A stretch of DNA of 64,000 nucleotides, taken from NCBI RefSeq assembly GCF_023055435.1, contig NW_025963890.1, positions 65,844,001 to 65,908,000 on the forward strand. Reading direction: 5' to 3'. This stretch comes from Haliotis rufescens (lineage: Eukaryota). The position numbers and the translations under genes are program-made. Shown here in pieces: positions 25,901 to 40,900 of the stretch (position 1 is its first letter; each line of letters opens with the position of its first letter). The notes beneath the pieces are model-generated. The model was not told the DNA's origin and made no database searches. It saw only the letters and a list, made by a program, of their open reading frames with translations.

Positions 25901-28900
25901 TTGATCTACGCAATTGGGATACAATGACATGTATCCACCAAGTCAGCGAGCCTGACCATCCGATCCCATTAGTCGCCTCTTACGATAAGCATGGGTTGCG
26001 GAAGACCTATTCTAAACCGGATCTTCAGGGGTCTGCAGGAAAAGAAAATTCCTTTATCTGTTTATTTTAAAACTCGAATTTCAACTTTGTAAAGGTGATT
26101 TGTTTCTCACTGATATCTGGGCCCATAAATTGAAAAGGGCTTTATACATAGCTTTGTGATATTGCAAGAAGAATGTTTAAATACTTTAGTGTCTAATATA
26201 CCTACCATTGGCACATATTATATAATCATAGCTGAGGGTGGCGTTAAACAACAAACAAACATTTTAAAATCCTAGATAAATCCCTGAATATGCATTGAAA
26301 CTGGAGCATACGTATCTTGATGATACTTCATCACAGTTAACGTTAACAAATATCCTAACCTGGACCAAGCATCGGTGTTATCTAACCATGACACAGAATA
26401 AAAACATACTATACACTATGGCACGTGTCAGTATAAACTTAATGTTACAAGAAATCATCTAACCATACTGCTAGACATATCTATCATAAGGCACCAAGCA
26501 TGAAGGTAAAAAACAGGTGTCATATCTATATGCACAGGAGAAGAAATTCCAGAAAGAAGGCTGGGCAAAAAAACAACCAAAACAATTCAAACATTAATTA
26601 CAATAGATTGGTATCAATTTCTTGTTTATCACTGTTGCACATTTTGGTGAACCATCACTATCCAAAGAATCCAACACCTCTAACACAGATACCGGAAAAC
26701 CAACTTCCACACCCTTCCTTTTATGTTATACTTGCTCAATCACCACAAACCTCTCATCCAGTCACCCACCATCCCTCCCAACTTCCACACCACCCTTCCT
26801 TTTAGCTTATACTTGCTCCATCACCACAAACCTCTCATCCAGTCACCCACCGTGCCACCATCCCTCCCAACTTCCACACCACCCTTCCTTTTAGCTTATA
26901 CTTGCTCCATCACCACAAACCTCTCATCCAGTCACCCACCGTGCCACCATCCCTCCCAACTTCCACACCACCCTTCCTTTTAGCTTATACTTGCTCCATC
27001 ACCACAAACCTCTCATCAAGCCACCCATCGTGCCACCATCCCTCCCAACTTCCACACCAGCCTTCCTTTTATCTTATACTTGCTCCCATTATTTCTGAAT
27101 TATTGTAAAAAGTTATTAAAATTTTATTGACATTGACCAGCCTTTGTTTCTGGAACTTCCTATTATATTAGGGCAAGAAGCAGCTGAAAGGTTCGGCTGA
27201 AATAAAATTAAATACAAACTTATGACTATCATGTAAATTTCTAATTCACTTGGTATTAAGTGTATTTCAAAACCATACTTCAATAAAAGCAAGGTAAGCT
27301 AGCTAATGAGAAAAAAGAATTCAGAGACTACAAAATGATTCCACATAAATTCTGAAATGAATGATCAAATGCATGTGTTTTCTAACACACCGGTAGATTT
27401 AGCTGTGGACCAACTTTCAATACAATGAAGGATTTTGAAAATATGAAGAAAATTTAGTTAATCAAATTGTTCTTAATAACAGAAACACATAAATTTCATT
27501 CATATAAATAAAACTTTGGAATGTAACAAGTCATAAACCTATTTGCAACCTTAATACAGGGGAGGTAATCCAAACATAAAAGGGAGACTACTCATAACCA
27601 CTGCTTCAAGCCCTTTTGTTAGTTGATATAGTTGATAGATATCAGCATCCCCAAAACCCAGGTGTATGTGTTCCACAATCCATTCCACTCCTACTCCGGG
27701 ACAACGATGAGGGTAACCTTCTGTCACTATATAACTCAACAATGAGGGTAACCTTCTGTCACTATATCTCAACAATGAGGGTCACCTCCTGTCACTATAT
27801 AACTCAACAATGAGGGTAACCTTCTGTCACTATATAACTCAACAATGAGGGTAACCTTCTGTCACTATATAACTCAACAATGAGGGTCACCTTCTGTCAC
27901 TATATAACTCAACAATGAGGGTCACCTTCTGTCACTATATAACTCAACAATGAGGGTAACCTTCTGTCACTATATAACTCAACAATGAGGGTCACCTTCT
28001 GTCACTTTATAACTCAACAATGAGGGTAACCTTCTGTCACTATATAACTCAACAATGAGGGTAACCTTCTGTCACTATATAACTCAACAATGAGGGTAAC
28101 CTTCTGTCACTATATAACTCAACAATGAGGGTAACCTTCTGTCACTATATAACTTAACAATGAGGGTCACCTTCTGTCACTATATAACTCAACAATGAGG
28201 GTAACCTTCTGTCACTATATAACTCAACAATGAGGGTCACCTTCTGTCACTATATAACTCAACAATGAGGGTAACCTTCTGTCACTATATAACTCCTACA
28301 ACACTCACTGAATCAGACATTTACAGATGGAACAGGCAAGGGGAATAACTCCTGTGACCTTCCATATCTTGACAGTCACATGATCACAAGGAGAAGGGAA
28401 CATAAACTACCTCAGAAGAAAGTATTTCAAGTTCACTACTAAAAATAGTCGCTTCAAACATGTGTCAACAGCCAGCTTTTCCTTTTGAACCTGCTCTGAA
28501 CTATTTAAAGTCAAGACATTTCCAAATGATTTGAGGTAAATGTGCATATTGCGATTTATATTGTATCGTGACCCATTTATCATTTCATCACTATCTTAAC
28601 TGCACAGGGGAAATGTGTAAATCATGCACAGTCTCTCTTCAAGCCCCTGTATAGAAGTGGATGAAAGTTGAATTAAGAATGCCAACAGATGTCACTTTGT
28701 TAACGGGACACTCATGAAAAGAAGTACTCAGTAATTCCCAAGCTTACTGGCACCCCAAATTAATAGTAAATTAGATCTATTGTCAGTGTCTGAAGGTCAC
28801 ACAGGGTAATCCGCGAAGTGGACATGAAGCAAATTACGGATCATCTACACCTGAGTTTCAAGGATGAGCCAACGGATAAAATTTGCGAAAAGCCTAGATG

Positions 28901-31900
28901 TGGCAAAAAAACCAAACATATTTTCTTTAATTCTAAAGTGAAAGTAATAATAATAAGTGAAAAGACTTAAAAAGGTATGATATATATCATATTGAGACTT
29001 GATTATATTGTATACCTTGGATCACTGACAGAACTGAAAGACAAAGGTGGTGTTTATGTTGAAAATATATCAAGGAGTAAAACCGTATATATCTATAACC
29101 ATCCTCCATGGTCTAGTGGATAGAGAATGTGCCCAGAGAGTGGAAGGTCGGTGGTTCAATCCCCAGCCATGTCAAGATGGTACTTGTTGTTACCCTGCCT
29201 GGCACTCAGCATCAAAGGGATAAAACAAGGACTTATCGGCTCAGAGTCAGTATACTGTGTCTGGGTGGGGTATCTATGTTAAACTGTGGCATGGTATCTC
29301 AACTGGCTAGCACTATAAATCCGGTTTATGTCCAGACCTATACATGTAGCCACAACCACACATAACTATATAAGTGCAATAATCTTGAATGCGATATTAA
29401 TCCCCATTTCACGTTACCTCACAAATATCCATCACATAATAATCAGTGAGCAAAACAATTAATTGATATAGTTTAACATCATATCTGCAATATTCTAGCC
29501 ATACAACATTAGGCATTGAGTGAAACAAATCAGGACACATGACACTGACCGAAGAAACTGACAAACACACTTTTAGTATAAAATGAATAGCAACCATATA
29601 TCATGCAGTGAAATGATTTAATTTTATCATCCATGCCATCTTTGACAATTACATTGTGCTATCCATTTCCTAACTTGTATTTCACAACTGGGTGAATAGA
29701 TTGTTGGTTTTGCCAATCTGTTCTTTTCACTGAGCCATTTATATTATTTTTCATCACTATTTTGCCTTTTTATGTCCAATGGAATGTGTCTGGGCAGATA
29801 ATAAAGAAAGTGCTCTGGTATTTAATATTTACACAATAAATCCCTGGAGTTCTTATATTGATTCCCATATTTTCATGTGTACATTTTGCACTTGAGTATA
29901 ATGCACACTTCCAATTCTTGGGTATAAATTTCGGGATAAAATGTTATTCCATACAAAGTGTGAGGTAAAAAACTACATCGTATTGCTTCAGCCTGAATAA
30001 CTACTGAATGTATTTGTGCTCTTGGATAATGGTCTAATTTCCCTATTTTTCACAAGCTCTTTGATGTGCTGAATTTTCCGCTCCCTCCAGCATACTACAG
30101 TTTGCACCTTTACAATGAAGTTAATCATGGCAGAGAGTGTTTAGTCAACAACGATCAGTTCCACATGGAATAAGTCAACTATTGCCAGTGTAACTGTGTC
30201 ATGGATAATGTTCCTTGTGAAAACTGTTCTATGGAATAATTCCCCAAGACAATACAGTTCAAAGGAACAATGTCACTACAGACAGACAGATTTAGTTTGT
30301 ATAGATCTATGTGGCCATGAGGCCAATAGTACAATGACATTTTGTTGTAGGAAAATTCGTCATGGAGCACTACTTGTTTGTTGTAGCTGAACAGATGTAC
30401 ACAGTTTTATTTATATTCAATGTCATCCTTCTTTCAAATATCTTATAAACAAAAACTGCAAGTCTGAGAAGAATATGGCTATTTTTGCTGTTCATTAACT
30501 GTACAAATTTTCTTTGTGATGGATACGTATTATAATAGATAGGCAGGTATTTGATTCTTATATCTTCATATACTGGACATATTAATAAAACATGGTATTC
30601 GTTTTCTTGGTAATATTTGCAGTAAGGACACATCGATGTTAAAACATCATTATCTTTGGAATGTCTGTATAACTGTAGATTGAGGGTAGACATTAGGGCT
30701 GTTACGATTCACTCGCATATTCGGGGAATCGAACCGTATCCATTTATGAATTGAATTCGCTATTTGTGGCAACTAGAATCGAATATTTAAGAATATGCAA
30801 TCATGTGCATTTACATACCCTGTACCTAAAAATACCCATTAGAACATATTATATGCATAGATTTCTTCAAAGACAACACTCTTATGATATTTGATTTGAC
30901 AGTATTGTGGTCATGGGTCATTGTCGCATTTGTGAAGATACCTACCAGGATAAGTGCAGTATATAAATGTATAATATATTAATAATTAACAAACCATGTA
31001 AAATAATTTATGTTGTTACTTTTTCACTGAATATAAAATACTGAATCGTTTTCCCCTCGAAGTGTATTCGTTGCAGCCCTAGTAAACATCGTTGTTTAAA
31101 CATTGTTAAGAACATAATTTTCATTTTATGACAATGGCACTACAGGCATTTAGTGATACACCAAACCTACAAAAGGAAGAGTTTTGCAAGGACTAGTTTT
31201 ACAAGTCTAACAATTAGATCAATCAGCTAAGAAAGGCTCACACACTCCTAACTATTCTCACACAGTCAGCTGAGTCTTGTGTAGAAGGACCTTAAAGTCC
31301 ATGTGCTTACCTCATTGTGCCAAACAGGTCCTTGAACATGTAGAGAACATAGAGTGGCTTTTCGTCATTGTCAATACCCCAAGGGGAATAGGCATAACTG
31401 AAACACAAAACTTGTTTGTCATAAATAATGCTTGTAAGATTTATGCCATAGTGGCTGCACTCAATATTGATAAATTATTAGGAATATATATTTCAATAGT
31501 GTTTGTCATTAAAGATGTTTGTGGTATGATTAGTTGTTGTGATTCTTTACCATCTTTTAACAGACAATATGGAACAAATCCCAGTTTTCATCCCAATGGG
31601 CCCCTGTCTACACCAGAATGTACCCCAGTCTCCATCCCAATGTACCCAGTCTCTGTCACAATGTGTCCCCGTTTCCCCTTTCGGTCAGTATAATTCTCAT
31701 ACATACGTGTTAAATTACGACTGGCATAGCTCAGGTCATTTGGTAGAATGTTTGTTTGTCGTTTAACGCCGCACTCAGCAATATTCCAGCTATATGAAGA
31801 CGGTCTGTAAATAATCAAGTCTGGACCAGACAATCCAGTGATTGACATCATGAACATCGATCCACGCAATTGGGATCGATGACATACATCAACCAGGTCA

Positions 31901-34900
31901 GTAAGCCACTGATCCCGTTAGTCACCTCTTACAACAAGCATAGTCGCTTTTTACAGCAAGCATGGGTTGCTGAAGACCTATTCTTCCCCTGATCTTCACA
32001 TTCGATAGAAATAGGCCCTGATTGTTCTTCAAAAGCACATGATTAAGGGATAACAAACTGGTGTGGTTCTAGCCTCTGAGTTCACCTTGTGATTGCATGC
32101 ATGTCATGAGGTACTGGGCTGGAGCGCAGTGACATCATCTCCTCCTCAGAACACTGACTGTGGTAGGACAACACCTCCAGTGCCACCTTGTACTTCTGTT
32201 CTGACCGCCGAATCTTCTCATACAGCTGTGAATAAGAACATCAACTGATCTTAGTACGAGTGGAGCAGTTGAATGCGATAACTCCCAGGGTGCTGTTGTA
32301 CAAAACAACCTTAGCGTCAAGATTGCCGTAAGTCTATGTTAAGGTATGGGAGTTACGATCACCTTTGCTCTAAGATCGCTTTGTACAACGGCACCCTGAT
32401 CAACACAAATCACTTTGGATTTTGTTCTGTTATGTTAAGAAAACATATTTTTTTATATAAATATAAAGACTTCAAGTATTCCATTTGTATTCAGGATGAA
32501 GATGCATTATAAGTCAAGTCAGGGGAAAAATAACATGTTCAAACTTCCATCACCACTGACATCAAATTGAAAATATCAACATCAAGCCTTCCTTCACTCC
32601 TCCCTTCACTTTCCCAGTCCTTCCGTCACTCTTTTCCAAGTCCTTTTACATTTACCCAGTTCTTCCTTCACTTGCTCACTCCTCAACTTCTCAAGTTACC
32701 AACACTGTACTTTTGTTAAGTTTGCTAATGCCCTAATTCCGTTTCATTCACTGATTCCCTTCGTCTGTCATCCTTCACTCAATCACACTCCCTTCCGCTG
32801 CTCAGCCTCCCACGTCAACCATTACCTTTGCGTGATGCAGTGCCAGGCCACAGTAGATAGCAAAGGTCTCAAAGGCTTCCTCATCTGCCCTAGTGAATGG
32901 TCCACTCATCTTGTTGACCATCTGAACCACTCCGATGATGCTGAAACACCCACCATGCATCACTCAACTGGGGTGGATTAACCAGGTAACCTGACACTCA
33001 ATATACAGGCGACAGCTATCTCGGACATACTGAACACCAAAAAGGTTTTGAGTATTTTGATAGATCGTATATTGTTTCAAATTTTTATGTCGATGTCAAA
33101 AACACCATCAGTCATAAAGAGTGAGAGAAACATTCCAGCTTAATCGCAACAACCTGTTAACAATTATGTCTGGGGCAGACAAACCAATGGTTGATTGCAT
33201 GAGCCCCGATCAATATCATCTGGGTATGTTGAGACACAATCAGCAATAGCAACACACTGTAAACACCTGATTCTCATTAAAGTTGGTTCTTACAACAAGC
33301 ATGGGGTACTGGTGAACTATTGACCAATAACTCTTAGCTCAGTTGGTACATTTGGTTAAACATATCTTGATACACAGTTCTACAGATTACACAGAATCGA
33401 TCTGATTAGTTAGAGAAAAAATAAGTTATAACTACAAGTAATGTTTTCATGTCCGTCAGCAAAATAGACCGTCTCGGAAGTGGGTATTTTAAAAACTGAC
33501 ATTGCATTGATGAAAAGAACAGAATTCAATACCTGTAACAAGATATTTCAGTTGATAGAGACAATAGGATTCAAAGAAAGATGGTTTGGGGTACCCTCCT
33601 TTCTGTGGTACTGATTTGAAGGGACTTACTTCCCCCTGATGTAGATGGGCATACACAGTATGCTCTTGGTCCTGTAGCCAGTCTGTAGGTCTACGTCGCG
33701 GTTAAACCGGATGTCCCCATAGGCATCCTGGATGTTGAGAACCTCCCCAGTGGTGGCGACGTGGCCAGCCACGCCTTTGCCCATGGGGAATCTACATGCA
33801 GTAATATAGATCAGGTGTAAGAAAATGTACACCTCAGAAAGATTATATTTGAGACAAGCATTTTACTTGAAAACGATGAAAGACTAGAGATATTCAGTTT
33901 TTAAGAAATTTATCAAATCCATGAACAAGGCTTTAGTACCTTACTGACAGACCAAGGTTCATGACTGGGGCTATTTGGAGCTTCAATCTCATGATCATTG
34001 GATGCATAAAGTGCATGTGAAAAAGATCTGACTAAACCGTCCACTCACAAAATCAATCTTTGAACACACTCAATACCTCTGAGGTTTACTTACCATACTA
34101 GATCTCTAATCCCTGTGTCATGTGTAATCTGTCATACTTTCTTGGGCTTAACATCATCAACTTATGGGTGGTAATTCAAGCAAATGTGCACATGTTCCTG
34201 TTACACTTGACAGCAATGCGTCATTAACATACGTGACACTATCAGCAGCAGACCAGCCCATGTTTCAACTTTGATATATTTATGGGACCTGGGGGGGCAT
34301 GGGTGGCCCAGTCGCCTAAGGCGGTGCGATTCGCTGTGCAGAGTTGCATCCCTTGGGCACTCAAGAAACCTATGATTGTGGGTTCAAATCACGATTCTCC
34401 CCGATTATGTTTCTAGGTTTGTCAGCACCATATCTGTGCTCACGGGTTTCACCGAAGTGGTAAATGTCTGAGACCTGCATCACTTTGAGCTTTCCTCCCA
34501 CATTAAGCTGACACGCCGCGATATAACTGGAATACTTTTTAAAGCGGTGTTAAACCAAACTCATTAACTCACTCACTTATGGGACCTGGGTGCAACCTGG
34601 TTTTGTTTGGTCCAACTTGGTTTTCATGTCAACATGCATGTGGTGCAAGTTAAATCAAGTTCCTTAAATCGACCCTGCATATATTTGCAAATTTGAACAT
34701 ACTTGCATTGCAAGAACTGAACGAGAATGGCCTGGCATATTACCATATGATGCATACCCATCCCATGTCGGTGCTGCAGGGTCATTCACTATACATGTTC
34801 ACAGCAGTCAAATTCACCCATTTCCTTTTCCAGTGGGTTTAAGGCTCCTATTTTAGCCATGTCCTGGCATGGATAAGCTTACTGAGAGAGGAGAGGCCAC

Positions 34901-37900
34901 TTGAGACATTTTACAGGCATACATCCTGAATCAGACACAACTGATTTGGGGGATTTCTGCCTCCATTTTAACTTCGCAGTATAAGCAGACACATGAGAAA
35001 ACATTACATGGGGACATTTGATGGATGTTGGAACCTGATTTAGTTCCTCTGTGTTCAGTAATGCAGCTAATATTATGATAATTTCAGTAAAGATCCAACC
35101 TTATTTCTTTCTGTGGTACATTTTCTTCACACTTTCCAGTATCAAATATTCGGGAGAAGAGTTCCTTGGTGCGGGAGTCGAGCATAAATAATGATGCCCG
35201 ATCGGCATGCACAAGAGTTTTTGCAAAATTCTGCCAGAGGAAAAAGTTACCAAAACTTAAGTTATTTGACTTGAAATTGATGGAAATAACTAAATTCAAA
35301 AGTAGGCTAGAGACAACTGAACATAATCAGAGGAGGTAGCAAATAAGTTAAGGGCAAGACAACAAGCACACTAGACTATGGTTACCACAAACACTGGTGC
35401 AAACTCTTGTACAGGGAGTAGGCCTAGGGTTTCTGAAGATACAGTACAAGCTATGGATTGACTAAGGACAGCGCCATCTGGCTTGACTAAGGACAGCGCC
35501 ATCTGGCTTGACTAAGGACAGCGCCATCTACCACAATCATCCACACGCCAAGGCTACAAGCATGTTCAGTATCTAAAGCATGGGTTACTGGGTTTGTCAA
35601 ACATAAATGCACACAAATTAAGCTGATATCATTTGCACAAATGATATAATGAGTATGAAATATTTATATGGAAAAATATCTCAATGTAGTTTCAGAATCA
35701 AGAGCATGAGGATATACTTTAGTCATTTGATCAAATTCATTTTAATTTTTGAAAGGCAGAAAAGATTTGTGCCAATGAATCCTGTCAGTGGAGCTCTGGG
35801 ACTTTAATGTCTTTGTTGAGATTCAGTCGAAGCACCAAATGGTAGAACTTGGCTTACATATAAACAAGATAACAGCACAAATGTAAGGACAAAATGGATT
35901 ATTATCACTACAAAAAGACAATCAAATACTGATCACAAAAGAGGCTTTTTAAAAAAACAACATATGTCAAAGCAGCTGTAGGAACAAATGTTAACAGCAA
36001 TATGACATACAGCTGTAAGTTTTGGAAGTTAGGTCAGACCGTTTAAAAGTCATTGTTTTACAATCAACCTCAGTACTTTGATACATGTTACTTTTGTAAT
36101 ATGGAGGGCATATTTATCTGTAAATCAAGAAAGAAACTGTCCTTCATTTCAAAAGATGGAATCGTACTACAAGATGTTGAAGTGCCAGATGTCCACTGAT
36201 GCACTGGGCTGACCCAGTCACTCTAACCTGATTTCTTTCTGCTGACTACTTTCAGGTGAAGGAACACCCATAGTGCTCCCGACGTCAAAAATACGTGCAA
36301 ATAACTCCTGCCGGTGGTGATCCAATAGGAACAGTGAAGCTCGATCCGCATTCACCAACTTTTGTGCAAAATTCTGTCACAACGGAACAAAATTGGGAAT
36401 ACTACAGGGTAAGAAAATAAAGCAAACCAACAAGGGGTGATTGATAAGTTCTCAGCCTCACATAGAAAGAATTATTCACAATCCATAGTCCTCTTCTACA
36501 TTGATACACTTTTGCCCATGATGTTGGAGTTTCACAGACGTCCTTTGGCTGTCCAAAAAGCTATAGAGTCAAAATGGGTTCCGGATAGAGCTTTCTTCAT
36601 GTTTGGGAACAGATTGAAGTCTGATGGAGCCAGATCAGGAGAATGAGTTGGGTGCTGAAGGAGTTTAAAGCAACACTCGTGAATTGTACCCACTGGCTTG
36701 TGCACTTGCCCATTGTCCTGGGGGAAGAGCACACGATTTCTCAGTTTTCCATGTTTCTTAGTCTCAATTTCATCCCATAATTGCCTCATAAGTCCAGCAT
36801 AATATGCTCCATTTATTGTCTGGCCCTTTGGAAGATCCACCATGAAGACACCTTTGAACACAGGAGGCCATCTTTCCTGGTCATGAGACAGTCTTTGCCT
36901 TCTTTGGTGGTGGTGATGTCAAATCCTGCCACTATTTAGAATCTTGTTAGAACCGAGGGATCATTGATTGTCACAAATCGTTGAAAGAACCTTTCTGGTC
37001 AGCTTCAAACATAGCTAAATCACCACAAGACATGGTGTGAATGGTTGCATATTTGATCAGTTGACGCAAGTTATTCTAGATATACCCCTCTGACATCATG
37101 TCGCTTAGACATTTGTCCACAAGAAACGATTTCCCCATTGTTCAAATCCTTCTATGTGAGGCTCAGAGCTTATCAGTCAACCCTTGTATAAGCATGAGTG
37201 TCTAACATCCTAGAGTTGTGATTGTACCACAAAATAATCATTTGATTCAATAAGCCTTGGTAATTGAGGAAATGGGACTAAGGACATGAATATCATGTTC
37301 AGAGTTTGCTGAATTGATTTCTGTCAGCTGTATCTCAGGCTTAATGTCTTGCAGCTGTACTGCTATGACGCTGTAGCTCACCTGCTGACATTTACTTAAA
37401 GTCATGTGAACATCTTTAATGATAAACAAGTCACATACGCTAAATATTTAAAAACGAATGTGCTATTATTAACGTTTCATAAAAAGTAACAAATTTAACC
37501 TGCTCATCAAGTTTCAATCCCAATGGCAGCAGAAATACCAAAATTTGAATCATCGTCAAAGTAAAGATGCAATCAAAGTGAAACAATATTTCAAATGACT
37601 GACTGCATGGTACTCAGATGTCAAATCTAATTTACTTTACTTCAATGATGGTAACTGAATAGTCAAAGGGTTTTTAATATAACTGCCATTTTGAATACTT
37701 TATGAAAAACACCTGATCCAATTCAGGTACTATCCTTTGAATGAGTATTGTTTCACACTCTCCTTAGAAGTGTTCCAGCAATATCATGGTGGAGAAAAAC
37801 CAGAAAGGAGCTACACACATCTAACCATGTGGGACATCGAGCCCAGGCATTTGGTGTGATCAGTGATTGCATTAAACCACTAGGTTATCTTATCGCCCAT

Positions 37901-40900
37901 CCAATTGCCCTAAATGAAGCAGGTCTTGATTTTCAGGTTCTGAATCTCCCATCTCATATCTGAGTGTTTCTATCAACTTTATATTTTTTCAGAGACAAAG
38001 AGTTAGACTATTTCTGTGGGGGCCTGCTCTCATTATCTTTTGTTTGTTTGTTTGTTGTTTAACACCTCACTCGGCAATATTCCAGCTATATGACGGCGGT
38101 CTGTAAATAATTGAGTCTGGACCAGACAATCCAGTGATTGACATCATGAACATCGATGCACGCAACTGGGATCGATGACATGCATCAACCAAGTCAGCGA
38201 GCCTGACCACCCGATCCCTTTAGACGCTTCTTACGACAAGCATAGTCGCCTTTAACAGCAAGTATAGGTTGCTGAAGACCTATTCTACCCCAGATCTTCA
38301 TGGGTCTCTCATTTCCCCTGGAATTATCTGAAGCTCTAGTGAATACCTTATTATGTTTAACATGCCAAAGATATGCTATACTCTACCTTTAAACATTAGA
38401 GGTCTTAGGAAAATGTATTATGATACAGTGAAACCTATCTAATCCATATGGTAATCCAGAAATCATCTGGATTAACAAATTTCCAGATTGACGAATCACT
38501 GATACAGTCCCTTAAAGAACATACAGATGTTCCTAATAGTAATCTTCTCGAGGACATGGTTTCCAGATTAACAGGTTCCAGACAAACAGGGTTTCATTGC
38601 ATTCATTTGTTCATAGCCATCATCAATCTCCAAACGGTGACCACATCTTGTGATGAGGTGATGAATAGAGACACTGTAATCATTTGGGTACAAACACAAG
38701 TGATGAAAAGCAAAATGGTAAACTATTTGGTGAATAAAAGCCAGCTTCTACTCCGAAGTCTAACAATTGGGTAAACTAAAGATGGGGTAAACTTTCTACG
38801 TGACATAACATGACGAGTCAGGACATTGCAATGCAAAAAAAAGCTACTCATCTCTACAAGGATTTATGTTATGAAGCAAGCCAACAGAAAGATAATTATA
38901 TATACTACTTTCAAAAGACACTGAAATCTACATAAGAAATAAGGTTTCCTGAAGGGCTCAAACATCAGTAAAACATAATCCAACAAAAAGAACAATATGT
39001 TTCATATATATCAATGAATGTCTCAGGAACCACAAGGCTCTGGAGCTCACCTTTCATGATAGAATGCATATGTTAACTGTCTTATATCAACTTTTCAGGC
39101 ATTATTTTTAACAGCTGTACATGACTTATCCTAAGGTATACCAACTCTTTCATTTACTGACAATAATGTGCCTATGGTTTCTCATTTTACAAAAAGGATA
39201 CTGTTAAACATTTTAATGTCTTTAGATATAAGGAGTTAACGAGTGCTTTTAGCAACATTTCAGCAATATCAGGGACACCAGAAAAGGGCTACACACTTTG
39301 CACCCATGTGGAGACTTGAACCCGGGTCTTAGGCGAGATGAGCGAACACCTTAACCACAAGGCTACCCAACCACCTTACCACAAAGTTATTACAAGTATT
39401 GTGATGAAATATTGAATGGTGCTTAAGTTGTAAACACCAAGGTAAGTTGAACATACACCCTGATTGATTCCATGAAAATCCCCCAAATAAGATTGAGAAA
39501 ACGTAGTGCTTCATAACTAGTTTCACAACTAGTATGTGTGCAAAATTTGTAATAACGTACAATCTTTTTAAAATCAAATCTTTTACCCCGATCTAACAAT
39601 ACCACAATAGAATTTCAAGTCAGGTGAGGATTTTCCCACTTTAGCAAGCTAAGGAGTTGGATGCTGATTTGGGGTACTATTATGTACTATTATGTACTAG
39701 TTGTGTGAAGTTGACAGTAACACTTCTGTTGAAAATCTGAAGATTAGTTTTGGTGTGATTGCAGCCAAAATACAGGATTAATGGCAATGATGTAATAGAG
39801 GTAGAGTATTTGCAAGAATTACACCTTTTTTGGTCTAAATGGCAAGGCACTCAGAACCAACAGAATGTAGAAGATATCCACAACAATACAACAGTGCAGA
39901 GTTATGTTTAGGCATGTTGGAAATCATGATTATATTAGTTTTTGAGACACAGAAATCATATATGCTTGTGCCGAGAATTTAGTAGCCCCTATGCTGATTG
40001 GTGCATCAGCAAGTTCACTTGACGCCACCTCCTTATATGGAGGTGTCCTAAGATCTTCATATCAGGAAGAAAACGTATTAGAGTAATAGATCTGATTTTA
40101 ATGAAATTGTGATAAAATTTCCATGGTCTTTGAGTTATGACTGATACAGATATTCTCATTGCTAGATTGCTAGATCCCAGGACTAAATGACAATTAATCA
40201 CGCTATATGCACACCAAGACCTTAGGTCAAGGGGAGTTTCTCAACCAATCAGAAAATCCCTTCAGTTTCAATCACTGTGACAATGACACTTTTGAATTCA
40301 TGTAAAGAATATTCATACTTTATCAATATTGTCATTTATAATATTCCTGAGACAACCAGGAATTACCAGTATCAAGAAATAAACACAAACATATTAGAAG
40401 TGACAACCTACCATTATTTTCATGATGACAGTATCCATGCTGATGATGTCTTGAAAAACGGACCTGTAGAAATCAGCATCGTCTTTTTACATATTTCAAC
40501 ATTACCACAGCATCGTCTTTTTACATATTTCAACATTACCAATCTTAAAGGTTATCTTCAACTCACAAAATACAGTGAGTGAGTGAGTGAGTGAGTGAGT
40601 GAGTGAGTGAGTGAGTGAGCGAGCATGTTTGGCTTAATGAACACTTGAAAAGTACTCATGACACAGGCACAAAAAATCCAAGGGCAGGGCTGTTGGGGCT
40701 GACAAATAAAGAATCATGTTTGGGCTGAAAGTTTGATTCAAACCCAATCTGCAGATCCTGGAATTGGTGAGGGACACACAGGAAATTGAGACAATTATAC
40801 CTCTGGGCCTGGTGGGTCAGTGGGGACAGACAGTGAGTATATGTTAATGTTGGACCTATGTTTGGAGGTTTAGTGTAGACAGACAGTGAGTATATGCTGT

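Noticed and set aside
24623-26381. Three AG..GT micro-exon candidates (22, 13 and 10 nt) in the E13-E14 intron
   Set aside because: No combination keeps phase 2 to 2 without a stop, and E13 joins E14 directly in frame.
27551-27775. Possible duplicate of E13 ([14 protein letters not shown])
   Set aside because: Weak similarity, no GT donor in the required phase, and it overlaps the 35-bp minisatellite.
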